A stretch of 64,000 bases of DNA from a virus, in IMG/VR virus record IMGVR_UViG_3300045988_154566, positions 6,167 through 70,166 of that record. The stretch is one strand, 5' to 3'. The position numbers and the translations under genes were made by a program. Below are positions 7,603 through 17,031 of this stretch, one piece after another; positions within the stretch are counted from its first letter, which is position 1; every line of letters begins with the position of its first letter. The notes under the pieces were generated by a model. That model was not told where the DNA came from, ran no database searches, and was given only the letters and a program-made list of their open reading frames with translations.

Positions 7603-8685
7603 ATGGAGCAACAAAAAGAAAATAGTGATTATATTAAAATGGATTTTAGTATTGAATCACCTGCAGAAAGAGTAGAAAAAGTAAAAGAAATTATTGCCAA
7701 CACTCCTCCTGAAAGATTAACTCATTCTTACTTAGAAAAATTAAGTAACTACATAATTTTTGCTATGGATAAAGAAGAAAGAAAACAAAATAAAATCTTA
7801 ACAGATAACCATATGCAAACAGTAAATGTAAGAGAGACATCTTTTGAAGGACTTGTAGGCAGATTAGAAAATGGCGAAGATGGCATATATAATATGATTG
7901 CGAATGACAAAAATATTATATTTAAACCAAAATTTGAAATCACAGATGCGGATGTCGCGGAAATGCCTGAGTTAAGGGAACTCCGCAAGGGTATAGAAGA
8001 ATTAAAGGAACAATTAAAAACAGCAAGAGGCAAAAAAGCATATCAAATAAAAAAACATATCATAGAAGCAAGTCAAGACCAGTATGTAATAAAAAATTCT
8101 TATAAAAAACCTATCTATTGTATAAATCCCCTTAAAAGTGTAGCAAAATTAGATTTAGATGAACATGTAACTGTTGATGAAAATGATGAAATTCATACTG
8201 ATGGTATTTTAAGTTTACTCGTGCCGCAACATATTTGCGCGGTATTGTGTAATTATGAAAAATTAAGAATCCAAACTTGGAATAAACTAAATAGTGATGT
8301 TAAATGGTTTCTCGTAGATTTAGACAATCTAATAGATGAGACCTTAAAATATGATTATCCAATATATTATGATATTACTCTTTTAAAGATTCGCGGCTAT
8401 CAGAATGTAGATATCCAAGAATACTTAGAAATAAAATATAAAGTAAATCATTCTGTTGAATATATATCTTCTCTTTGGCGGAATAAGATACCAAAATTAC
8501 TCGCGGAAAAGGCACAAGAGAAATGGTTAGTTTGGTATTATACTAACAAAGCAGAAGGAAAATGGAAAAAATGTTCAAGATGTGGGCAAATTAAGTTAGC
8601 TAGTAATAGATTCTTTTCAAAAAATAATACAAGCAAAGACCATTTTTACAGTATATGTAAGTGTTGTAGAAATAAAAGAAAATAA
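7603..8685 (+). CDS. hypothetical protein with C-terminal Cys4 zinc-ribbon-like motif
   Basis: C-terminus: CSRCGQIKLASNRFFSKNNTSKDHFYSICKCCRNK. Confidence 0.5.
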   Translation: MEQQKENSDYIKMDFSIESPAERVEKVKEIIANTPPERLTHSYLEKLSNYIIFAMDKEERKQNKILTDNHMQTVNVRETSFEGLVGRLENGEDGIYNMIANDKNIIFKPKFEITDADVAEMPELRELRKGIEELKEQLKTARGKKAYQIKKHIIEASQDQYVIKNSYKKPIYCINPLKSVAKLDLDEHVTVDENDEIHTDGILSLLVPQHICAVLCNYEKLRIQTWNKLNSDVKWFLVDLDNLIDETLKYDYPIYYDITLLKIRGYQNVDIQEYLEIKYKVNHSVEYISSLWRNKIPKLLAEKAQEKWLVWYYTNKAEGKWKKCSRCGQIKLASNRFFSKNNTSKDHFYSICKCCRNKRK

Positions 8686-8703
8686 TGTAAAGGAGTTGAC
8701 TAA

Positions 8704-9996
8704 ATGGGCGCACAAGAAGTAGAGCCAGGGAAATATTACTGTGAAAAATGTCGTAAGACAATGGGCGCAGTACAATTTTTTACTTATAAAGATGGTAGTA
8801 AAAGCGAATTATGTAAACAATGCTTAACTATGCATATTAATAACTGGGAGCCAGAAACATTCAAATGGCTATTGGAAAAATTTGATGTTCCATATCTCCC
8901 TTGGGAATGGGATAAGATTAGAGACAAACAATATGCGAAAGACCCCTATAAAATGACTGGAAATAGTGTTTTTGGTCGTTATCTCGCGAAAATGAAATTA
9001 AATCAGTGGAATAAATATCATTGGTCTGATACTGAGCGGCTGGTGCGGGAAGCAGATGAACTTGCTAATAGGGCGGCTGCGGCAAAAGAAGAAGATGAAA
9101 AACTTGAGAATATGCGGAAGCTCGCGGATGAAGGTGCAATTAGTGAATCTCAATATCAAACATACGCGGAAACGCAGATTGAGAAACCTATACCTAAGCC
9201 AGAGAGTTTACCCAACCCATATGAGAATGGACAAGCTAATCCGGCATATCGGGCTGCCGCGCGAGCATCTGTTTATCCTGTAAATAATAATCCATTTGAA
9301 GAAATTGATTTACCAGATGTTGGAAATGATTTAACACAAGAGGATAAGATTTATTTAGCTACAAAATGGGGTAGATTTTATTCTGCGGAAGAGTGGGTAA
9401 CTTTAGAAAAGAAATATAATGATTTTACAAATTCATTTGATATACATTCTGCGGCAACTATAGATACTTTAATTTTTATTTGTAAGACTTCATTAAAAAT
9501 GAATCAGGCTCTTGATAGCGGAGACATTGAATCTTATCAAAAATTATCAAGAGTTTATGATGCACAAATGAAAGCTGCGAAGTTTACGGAAGCACAGAAT
9601 AAAGAAGATAAAAGTAATGACTTTGATGCTATTGGTTGCATAGTAGAGTTTTGTGAAAAAGAGGGCGGATTTATTCCAAGATTTTATACAGAAACTCCGC
9701 AGGATAAGGTTGATGTTGTTATTGCAGATGAAAAATCTTATGTTAAGTCTCTTGTTGATGGTGATTCTGGATTAGCGCAACAGATAGAGCAGTATCTTAA
9801 GAAGCGTGAAATCCTTGAAGAACAAAAGAGAAATAAGGAAAAAGCAAAATTAGAAGGTAAAGAGCAGATTGAATTAACAGATAAAGATATTCAAGAGTAT
9901 ATAGAGCATCAACAGAAAGAAAAAGAAAAAGATAATATCGCGGAAGATGATGATGAAGATAATTTTGGAAGTCTCTTTAGTATGGAGGTTGAGTAA
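8704..9996 (+). CDS. hypothetical protein with N-terminal Cys4 zinc ribbon (same motif as 7603-8685) and acidic C-terminus
   Basis: N-terminus: YYCEKCRKTMGAVQFFTYKDGSKSELCKQCL. Its position immediately upstream of the terminase makes a small-terminase or DNA-recognition role possible. Confidence 0.5.
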   Translation: MGAQEVEPGKYYCEKCRKTMGAVQFFTYKDGSKSELCKQCLTMHINNWEPETFKWLLEKFDVPYLPWEWDKIRDKQYAKDPYKMTGNSVFGRYLAKMKLNQWNKYHWSDTERLVREADELANRAAAAKEEDEKLENMRKLADEGAISESQYQTYAETQIEKPIPKPESLPNPYENGQANPAYRAAARASVYPVNNNPFEEIDLPDVGNDLTQEDKIYLATKWGRFYSAEEWVTLEKKYNDFTNSFDIHSAATIDTLIFICKTSLKMNQALDSGDIESYQKLSRVYDAQMKAAKFTEAQNKEDKSNDFDAIGCIVEFCEKEGGFIPRFYTETPQDKVDVVIADEKSYVKSLVDGDSGLAQQIEQYLKKREILEEQKRNKEKAKLEGKEQIELTDKDIQEYIEHQQKEKEKDNIAEDDDEDNFGSLFSMEVE

Positions 9997-10619
9997 TGAG
10001 TTTACAAAGTATACTAGACCTTTCCGCGGAAAGAGATAATAAAAAAGTAGGTTGTTCAGAAGAAAGATTAAGAGAATGCCTTCCCGAATTGCGGAAGGCT
10101 ATTGCTTTTTATCGTGAATATCCAGATATCTTTGTTGATGATATTAAAGGACCAGATTGTAACTTCCAATTTTATTTTTATCAGAGAGTTTTCTTAAGGT
10201 CGGTTATGAGACATCGTCGAGTCTATGCAGTTTTTCCACGTGCATATAGTAAATCATTCTTGACTATGATGGCTTTAATGTTGCGTGCAATTCTTTATCC
10301 AGGTGCGGCATTATTTGTAACTACAGGTGGAAAAGAGCAAGCTGCAAGTATTACAATCGCAAAGATTGAAGAAATTTGTCGGCTTATTCCCGCGCTAAAT
10401 AAAGAAATTAATTGGGATAGAGGAGCCTCAAAAAAATCAAAAGATAATGTAAAATATATCTTTAAGAATGGCTCTACTATTGATATTCTTGCGGCAAGGG
10501 AGTCATCCAGAGGTCAACGTCGTACAGGTGGAGCTATGGAAGAGTGTGTACTTATTGATGGAACTGCTTTGAACGAAATAATTATTCCTAGACTTATAAG
10601 GTTGTGGGACCTAATTTAG
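9996..10619 (+). CDS. terminase large subunit, N-terminal ATPase part (exon 1 or N-terminal fragment)
   Basis: Walker-A-like VFPRAYSKSF. Walker-B-like ECVLIDG near the end. Start overlaps the upstream stop (TAATGA). Confidence 0.6.
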   Translation: MSLQSILDLSAERDNKKVGCSEERLRECLPELRKAIAFYREYPDIFVDDIKGPDCNFQFYFYQRVFLRSVMRHRRVYAVFPRAYSKSFLTMMALMLRAILYPGAALFVTTGGKEQAASITIAKIEEICRLIPALNKEINWDRGASKKSKDNVKYIFKNGSTIDILAARESSRGQRRTGGAMEECVLIDGTALNEIIIPRLIRLWDLI

Positions 10620-11700
10620 TAATAAATTAGTGCATGAACGGTGTGAACCCATTGGTTATGGGGTGTAGTATAAGGATATACTGCTAACGGTTAGGCTATA
10701 AATAAAGTGAGACCGTGCTAAGTTTATATTTGTTATAAAAAAGTGTAGAGACTATCCAGAGGAGAAATACGCCTGGTTAGGGCTGAGAATAACCACAGCT
10801 CGAAGCGCACCGCAACTTTTTAAAATTTTTGGTCAAAAATATAAAATAAAATTGTTCATTTTTTTAATTTTATTGAGGGTATGTATATCCCGGGATAAAA
10901 CTGAGTTATAGAAAGGAATTAAAAAAATGATTCAATGGAAAAAAATTTTTATAGATGAAAAAGAGACTAATTACAGTGTTTCTAGCACTGGAGAGGTTAG
11001 AAATGATATAACTAAAAAAATATTATCACAAAGAATTCAACAAGGGTATAAACATGTAACTTTATCATTACCAAATAAGATAAAATCATGTCGAGTTCAT
11101 AGACTTGTAGCACAAGCCTTTATTAAGAATCCTGAAAACAAGCCCTATGTGAATCATATTGATTGTGATAGAAGTAACAATAATGTTGAAAATTTAGAAT
11201 GGGTAACGCCAAAAGAGAATTCTCAAAAAGCGGTTCTAGAAGGTAAATTTTTAAATAGTTCCCATTTAAGACCTGTTGTTCAATATAATTTAGCAGGGAA
11301 AAAGATTAGAACTTTTGAAAGTGCCACTGAGGCAGCAAGACAGTTAAATTTACAACAATCTAAAATAACAGAATGTTGTAGAAGAAATAGAAAAAGAACC
11401 GGAGAATATCAATGGAGATATGCAGATGAAGAATGTCTTCAATTAGAACCTATTCAAAAACAAAATCACCCTGGAGTGAAAGTTGCAAGATGCAACGATG
11501 ATTTAGTTATATTAGAAATTTATAATTCTTATAAAGAAGCAGCAAATGCAATAAAAGGTAGTTATCAAGCTATTGCTGCAATATGTAATGGAACAACTAT
11601 AAATATTCATCATAAAGGCTGGAGATGGAAAAAAGTTGATGATATAGTCCAATCAAAAAAAGATTGACAACTAATGTTGATAGACGACTCGCAGATGGTA
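10600..11700 (+). mobile_element. putative group I intron, or a free-standing homing-endonuclease insertion, interrupting the terminase large-subunit gene and carrying an HNH ORF
   Basis: About 300 nt of structured non-coding sequence at 10620-10926 with GAGACC/GAGACTA-type elements. The HNH ORF has its own ribosome-binding site. The terminase ATPase motif III (ITTAG) resumes downstream in the same frame as exon 1. Boundaries are approximate. Confidence 0.45.
10927..11667 (+). CDS. HNH homing endonuclease (NUMOD4 N-terminus, HNH_3 core, NUMOD1-like C-terminal DNA-binding repeats)
   Basis: Motifs WKKIFIDE...YSVSSTGEVRN and HRLVAQAF...NHIDCDRSNNNVENLEWVTPKEN. Confidence 0.8.
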   Translation: MIQWKKIFIDEKETNYSVSSTGEVRNDITKKILSQRIQQGYKHVTLSLPNKIKSCRVHRLVAQAFIKNPENKPYVNHIDCDRSNNNVENLEWVTPKENSQKAVLEGKFLNSSHLRPVVQYNLAGKKIRTFESATEAARQLNLQQSKITECCRRNRKRTGEYQWRYADEECLQLEPIQKQNHPGVKVARCNDDLVILEIYNSYKEAANAIKGSYQAIAAICNGTTINIHHKGWRWKKVDDIVQSKKD

Positions 11701-12815
11701 GTAGAGACCCTAAAGAGACAGTAAATAAAAGTCAGGTATATATTACGACTGCGGGATGGAAGAATTCATTCGCATACGAGCACCTCATTGAGATGTTAAT
11801 TGATTCAATTCTAGACCCAGGTGAAGTAATGATATTAGGTGGAACATATGAAGTTCCAGTTGAAGCGGGCTTGTTAAGTGAAGACTTTGTAGACCAGTTA
11901 AAATTACAAGGTACTTTCAATGATGCCTCCTTTGACCGAGAATATCGGAGTATTTGGTCAGGAGATGCGGAAAATGCTTTCTTCTCTAATGAATTATTTG
12001 ATAAATATCGTCAATTACTTCAACCAGAATATGAATTCAGTTCAAGAAGTTCAAAGAACGCATACTATATACTTTCAGTCGATGTAGGTCGTTTTGGATG
12101 TACAACTGAGGTTATGGTTATAAAGGTAACGCCGCAAGTGCAAGGAACAGCATTGAAGACTCTTGTTAATATTTATAGCTATGATGAAGAACATTTTGGA
12201 GTTCAAGCTATAAATATAAAAAAACTTTATTACAAATATCGTGCGAGAACCGTGGTTATAGATGCCAATGGTCTAGGTGCTGGACTTGTGGACTTTATGA
12301 TAATAGGTCAAGAAGACCCGAAAACAGGAGAATATTATCCACCTTTTGGAGTAGAAGGCGGAACTTTCGATGATTGGTATGACCAGTATAAGAAATTTAA
12401 AACAGATGATATGGTTAGAGATGCGATGTATTTAATTAAGGCTAATGCGCCAATCAATACTGAAGCTCATAGCTATTGTCAAACTCAAATATCTAGTGGA
12501 AAAATTAAATTTTTAATTGATGAAAGAGATGCAAAAATAAAGTTAATGTCTACAAAAGTTGGTCAAGAAATGACTCCAGAGCAACGTGCAGAAAGGTTGA
12601 TACCATTCACTTTAACCACGATACTAAAGGAACAGATGTTGAATCTGGTGGAAGAGAACGAGGGTGTAAATATTATTCTTAAGCAAGCTAATAGAGGAAT
12701 TAAGAAAGATAAATTCTCTGCTTTTGAGTATGGATTATATTATATAAAACAGCAAGAAGATAGGAAAAAAGATAGACATAGTAGAGATATTTCAAAGATG
12801 ATGTTTTTCAGTTAA
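11664..12815 (+). CDS. terminase large subunit, C-terminal part (rest of ATPase plus RNase-H-like nuclease)
   Basis: ITTAGW motif III. Nuclease motifs ILSVDVGRFG and VVIDANGLGAGL. The ORF-track start is a TTG overlapping the HNH stop. The true 5' end is probably a splice junction near 11690-11720. Confidence 0.6.
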   Translation: MTTNVDRRLADGSRDPKETVNKSQVYITTAGWKNSFAYEHLIEMLIDSILDPGEVMILGGTYEVPVEAGLLSEDFVDQLKLQGTFNDASFDREYRSIWSGDAENAFFSNELFDKYRQLLQPEYEFSSRSSKNAYYILSVDVGRFGCTTEVMVIKVTPQVQGTALKTLVNIYSYDEEHFGVQAINIKKLYYKYRARTVVIDANGLGAGLVDFMIIGQEDPKTGEYYPPFGVEGGTFDDWYDQYKKFKTDDMVRDAMYLIKANAPINTEAHSYCQTQISSGKIKFLIDERDAKIKLMSTKVGQEMTPEQRAERLIPFTLTTILKEQMLNLVEENEGVNIILKQANRGIKKDKFSAFEYGLYYIKQQEDRKKDRHSRDISKMMFFS

Positions 12816-12820
12816 AAAAT

Positions 12821-12857
12821 GCGGGCAGATTTATGTAATTTGCCCGTACTTATTTTT
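12821..12857 (+). terminator. intrinsic terminator after the terminase gene
   Basis: Hairpin CGGGCA-N13-TGCCCG followed by a T-rich run. Confidence 0.4.
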
Positions 12858-12893
12858 AATTAATATAGTAAGGATTACATCATTGCACATAAT

Positions 12894-13265
12894 GTGGAGG
12901 TGAGTAATTTGAGAAGTTCTCGCGGAGAAATAAAAATTGAAGAAATTTTAACAATGGCAAATTTACCTTTTCAAGAGGAATATAGTTTTCCAGACTTAGT
13001 AAGTTCAAGTGGAAGACCATTGCGTTTTGACTTCTGTGTATTCGATGATAATGGAGATATAGATTTCTTAATCGAGTATCAAGGTATCCAACACTACGAG
13101 GCCAAGTCGAAATTTGGAGGTACTAAAGGATTATATCGCCAGCAATACAATGATAAGATGAAAAGAATTTATTGTCAACAACATAATTATACTTTAGTTA
13201 TTGTTCCTTATTGGGAAGAAGGACTCGTAGATTACGATTATTTATTAAAAGCCGCAGGTTATTGA
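12894..13265 (+). CDS. hypothetical small protein, possibly a Vsr/DUF559-like PD-(D/E)xK nuclease
   Basis: Pattern RFDFCVFDD...FLIEYQGIQHYE. Weak motif-level similarity only. Confidence 0.35.
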   Translation: MEVSNLRSSRGEIKIEEILTMANLPFQEEYSFPDLVSSSGRPLRFDFCVFDDNGDIDFLIEYQGIQHYEAKSKFGGTKGLYRQQYNDKMKRIYCQQHNYTLVIVPYWEEGLVDYDYLLKAAGY

Positions 13266-13316
13266 CTTTTAACGAAAATTTTGATATAATAAGAAAGTAA
13301 AGGGGGCGAAAGATTA

Positions 13317-14921
13317 GTGACTGAAAGAACCAAGGAGATTAGAGAAAAAGGTTTTGATATGTTCAATAAAGAACCTTCAGCTCCGACAACCTTTTACAAA
13401 GATATGTTTTCTGAAGATAAATCAGATATCTATTTTAGTAGTGTAAAAGTAGGTCAAAAGAAACTTGATGATGCAACTTTAACACTTAGTGATTTAAAGA
13501 AAGCAAATCCAAGATTGGCTGATAAAAATACTATTTTACAAGCAATAGATAGATATGATTTAAAACAAATGAGAGAAATCTCTGATTTCTTTTATCGAAC
13601 AAGTGGGATTTATTCCAGAATATTAAGATATATGGCATTTATGTATAGATATGACTATTTTATTACTCCTTATGTTAATGACCCAAATATGAATAAAGAA
13701 AAACTATTAAAAGGTTTTTATAATTCAATGTCAACTTTAGATAATTTTAAAGTTAAAAAAACATTGGGTGAAATTGCATTAAAAGTATTAAGACATGGAT
13801 GTTATTATGGATATAAAGTTGAACAAAGCGGTGGAATTGTGTTACAAGAATTACCACCAAATTATTGCAGAAGCAGATTCTCAGCTAATGGTAAACCCGC
13901 AGTTGAATTTAATATGAAATTTTTTGATGATAATTTTAGAGATATTCAACAGAGATTACAAGTATTAAACATATTCCCAAAAGAGTTTTCTAAAGGATAT
14001 GTAAAATATAAAAAAGGTTTATTACCACCTCAATTTTCAGGTGACACAAATGGTTGGTATTTATTAGACCCAAAACAAACAGTTAGATTCACTGCAAATG
14101 GAGAAGAATATCCTGCTTTTATTTCTGTGATTCCTTTAATATTAGATTTAGATGAAGCACAAGGTCTTGATAGAAAGAAAACCTTACAAAGATTATTAAA
14201 ACTTGTCGTTCAAAAAATGCCTTTAGACAAGAATGGAGAAATGATTTTTGATGTTGATGAAATGAGGGCTTTTCATAATAATGCAGTTATGATGTTAAAA
14301 AATGCTTTAGGCTTAGAGGTTTTAACAACACTTGCGGATGTTAGTGTAGAAGATATGACTGATAGTAATGCATCTGCGCAAACGGATGATTTGCAAAGAG
14401 TTGAGCGTCAGTTATATAATGAAGCGGGTGTGTCTCAAATGCAGTTTAATACAGATGGTAATATTGCATTAGAGAAATCTATTTTAAATGATGAAGCTAC
14501 AATGTATAATATGCTTTTACAATTTGAATATTTTTTAAATGAGTTACTAGAACCTTATAACAAAAGTCCAAAGAAAGTTCAATATAAAGTACAGTTATTA
14601 ACTACAACTATTTATAATTATAAAGAACTTTCAAAAGCATATAAAGAACAAACCCAATTAGGTTATTCTAAGATGTTGCCGCAGATAGCTTTAGGTCAAA
14701 CTCAAAGTAGTATTTTAGCTACTGCTTATTTTGAGAATGAAGTTCTTGATTTAGTTAGTTTATTCATCCCACCTATGCAAAGTAGCGTAATGAACGCAGA
14801 TATGTTAGATAGAACATCTAAAAAAATTGCAAATGGAAATGAAAAAGAGGCGGGAAGACCTGAAAAAGAAGATGACCAAAAATCAACTAAAACTTTACAG
14901 AATAAAGAAAGTATGAGCTAG
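13317..14921 (+). CDS. portal protein candidate
   Basis: 534 aa, immediately downstream of the terminase. GTG start per the ORF track. Assignment is positional only. Confidence 0.4.
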   Translation: MTERTKEIREKGFDMFNKEPSAPTTFYKDMFSEDKSDIYFSSVKVGQKKLDDATLTLSDLKKANPRLADKNTILQAIDRYDLKQMREISDFFYRTSGIYSRILRYMAFMYRYDYFITPYVNDPNMNKEKLLKGFYNSMSTLDNFKVKKTLGEIALKVLRHGCYYGYKVEQSGGIVLQELPPNYCRSRFSANGKPAVEFNMKFFDDNFRDIQQRLQVLNIFPKEFSKGYVKYKKGLLPPQFSGDTNGWYLLDPKQTVRFTANGEEYPAFISVIPLILDLDEAQGLDRKKTLQRLLKLVVQKMPLDKNGEMIFDVDEMRAFHNNAVMMLKNALGLEVLTTLADVSVEDMTDSNASAQTDDLQRVERQLYNEAGVSQMQFNTDGNIALEKSILNDEATMYNMLLQFEYFLNELLEPYNKSPKKVQYKVQLLTTTIYNYKELSKAYKEQTQLGYSKMLPQIALGQTQSSILATAYFENEVLDLVSLFIPPMQSSVMNADMLDRTSKKIANGNEKEAGRPEKEDDQKSTKTLQNKESMS

Positions 14922-14933
14922 GAGGATTAAATA

Positions 14934-16283
14934 ATGAAAAGAGCTTTTAATCGTAGTGTTGCTACTATTGATAAGCCAGAATTTATAAATGTCACTTCAA
15001 TTAATCCTCTTATCTCCGAATGTGAAGTAAAGGTTTTATATGTAGGTGAAAACCGCAATAAATCTTTAATCACAAAAGAAGTTGCTAGAAATATGGCAGA
15101 AACACTTCCAGGCTGTCCTATTGTTGGATATTATAGGGCAGATAAAGAAGACTTTTTTGACCATGGCGATATTCTTACTATTGATGGAGATGGGATAAAA
15201 TTTAGTGATGCAACAAGACCTTATGGTTTTGTAGCTCCAAATGCAAAAATTTGGTTTCAGAAATTTATTGATACTGATGAAAATGGAGTAGAAACGGAAA
15301 GAGAATATTTAATGACTACAGCTTTTTTATGGACTGGTTCTTATCCAGAATGTGAACAAGCTTTAGATAATAACAATCCGCAATCTATGAAATTAGAAAA
15401 AGACAGTTTAAAAGGAAATTGGGCAAAAACGGGAAATTCTAATGTTGAATTTTTCATAATAAATGACGCAATAATTCAGAACTTATGTATTTTAGGAAAT
15501 GATATTGAACCTTGTTTTGAAGGTGCAAATGTATCTGAACCAGACATAAGTGCTAATTTTAGTAAAGAAGATAATATTACTACTTTATTTACTATGATGA
15601 AGCAATTAAAAGAATTATTAACTACTCAAAAAGAAGGAGGACAAAGTTCAATGAGTATGGTCGAAGAGACTAAGCTTGATGAAACTTCTGTTGAAAATTT
15701 TTCAAAAGAGCAGGACAAAACTGATGAAACTGTTCAAAAGAAAAATGAAAATACAATAGAAGAGTTCAAGAAACAGGATGAAGAAGAGAAACCTTCTAAC
15801 AATAAAGAAGATGAATCTAAGGATAATAAGGAAGAAGAATCTTCTGATAATAAAGACAAAAAAGATAGTGAAGATAAAAAAGAAGACGAAGATAAGAAGA
15901 AAAATGAAAATTTTGAATTACTTCAGTCAGAGTTTGATGCCCTTCAGGCTAAATATACTTCATTAGAGGAGTCTTATAACGAACTCGTAGCTTTCAAGAA
16001 AAGCATCGAAGATAAGCAGAAAGATGAATTAATTCAGTCTTTCTATATGCTTAGCGATGAAGATAAGAAAGATGTCATTGAAAACAAGTCTAATTATAGT
16101 TTAGATGATATTGAAAAAGAACTTTCAGTTATTTGTGTAAGAAAGAAAGTTAATTTCAATTTAGATGATGACAAAGAAGATTCTAAAGATGTTTCAACAA
16201 CATTTAATTTAGATTCTTTAGAATCTGATAGTGATTTACCAGCTTGGTTAAAAGCGGTAGAGTCTACAGCTAAAAAGCATTAA
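14934..16283 (+). CDS. scaffold-like / head morphogenesis protein with long K/E/D-rich low-complexity linker
   Basis: Linker EEEKPSNNKEDESKDNKEEESSDNKDKKDSEDKKEDEDKKK, then a coiled-coil C-terminus. Position between portal and capsid genes. Confidence 0.4.
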   Translation: MKRAFNRSVATIDKPEFINVTSINPLISECEVKVLYVGENRNKSLITKEVARNMAETLPGCPIVGYYRADKEDFFDHGDILTIDGDGIKFSDATRPYGFVAPNAKIWFQKFIDTDENGVETEREYLMTTAFLWTGSYPECEQALDNNNPQSMKLEKDSLKGNWAKTGNSNVEFFIINDAIIQNLCILGNDIEPCFEGANVSEPDISANFSKEDNITTLFTMMKQLKELLTTQKEGGQSSMSMVEETKLDETSVENFSKEQDKTDETVQKKNENTIEEFKKQDEEEKPSNNKEDESKDNKEEESSDNKDKKDSEDKKEDEDKKKNENFELLQSEFDALQAKYTSLEESYNELVAFKKSIEDKQKDELIQSFYMLSDEDKKDVIENKSNYSLDDIEKELSVICVRKKVNFNLDDDKEDSKDVSTTFNLDSLESDSDLPAWLKAVESTAKKH

Positions 16284-16305
16284 TTAAAATAGGAGGAACA
16301 TAAAA

Positions 16306-17013
16306 ATGGCATTTACTAGAATTGGTTTTGGTCAGGTTGAAGAAAACCAGATGTCTTACTACCATACAGGTCAGATGTTTGCTAGTTTACCTCTTGATAC
16401 ATCAGTACAGTTACTTCAGAATGGTGAATTTATGTACTATGATTACGCAAGTGGAAAGGTAACAGCAGAACCTAAAGTTGAGGGCGTAGAACCTATGTTA
16501 GTATTAAATGAAATTAAGGTTTATGAAGATTACCTTGCAAATAAAGATTTTGCTATGATGAGAGTAGGAGAGAACTATGTTACTAATCCTGCGGCAATCG
16601 GTAGAATTACTTCTGTAGTTATTGACCCAGCAACAGGTGGGGCAGCTAATCCTTACGGTGGTGGTTCAAAAACTGTAAGCGCAACAATTGACCCAGCTCA
16701 TACAGAGTATGGTTATAGAATGAGTGGTATAGCTCCAAGAGTTGTAAAGACTAATATTGGAGATATTTATACAACAAACATGGTAGCTACAGGTGTTGAT
16801 TATGCAGTTGGTAATATTTTAGTTCCAACAGTAACAGAAACAACAGTTAATGATTTAACTAATGGTGGAACAACAACACAGAAAACTTTAGTTCTTACAA
16901 AGAACGCTGATGGTGAAACTGCAGTACCTACTAAGGGTATGGCATGGGCAGTTGTTAAGGTTTATACAATGCCAGACGGACAGCCTGGATTAAAGTTACA
17001 AAGAGTACAGTAA
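16306..17013 (+). CDS. capsid-associated protein (decoration or minor capsid candidate)
   Basis: AGGAGG ribosome-binding site, beta-rich composition, position just before the capsid gene. Confidence 0.35.
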   Translation: MAFTRIGFGQVEENQMSYYHTGQMFASLPLDTSVQLLQNGEFMYYDYASGKVTAEPKVEGVEPMLVLNEIKVYEDYLANKDFAMMRVGENYVTNPAAIGRITSVVIDPATGGAANPYGGGSKTVSATIDPAHTEYGYRMSGIAPRVVKTNIGDIYTTNMVATGVDYAVGNILVPTVTETTVNDLTNGGTTTQKTLVLTKNADGETAVPTKGMAWAVVKVYTMPDGQPGLKLQRVQ

Positions 17014-17031
17014 TAGGAGGAAAAGATAATA

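Noticed and set aside
11664-11666. TTG at 11664 as an independent start of a separate terminase C-terminal gene
   Set aside because: There is no ribosome-binding site. Frame and motif spacing favour continuation of the terminase reading frame across a removed intervening sequence. Translational coupling to the HNH stop is kept as the alternative hypothesis.
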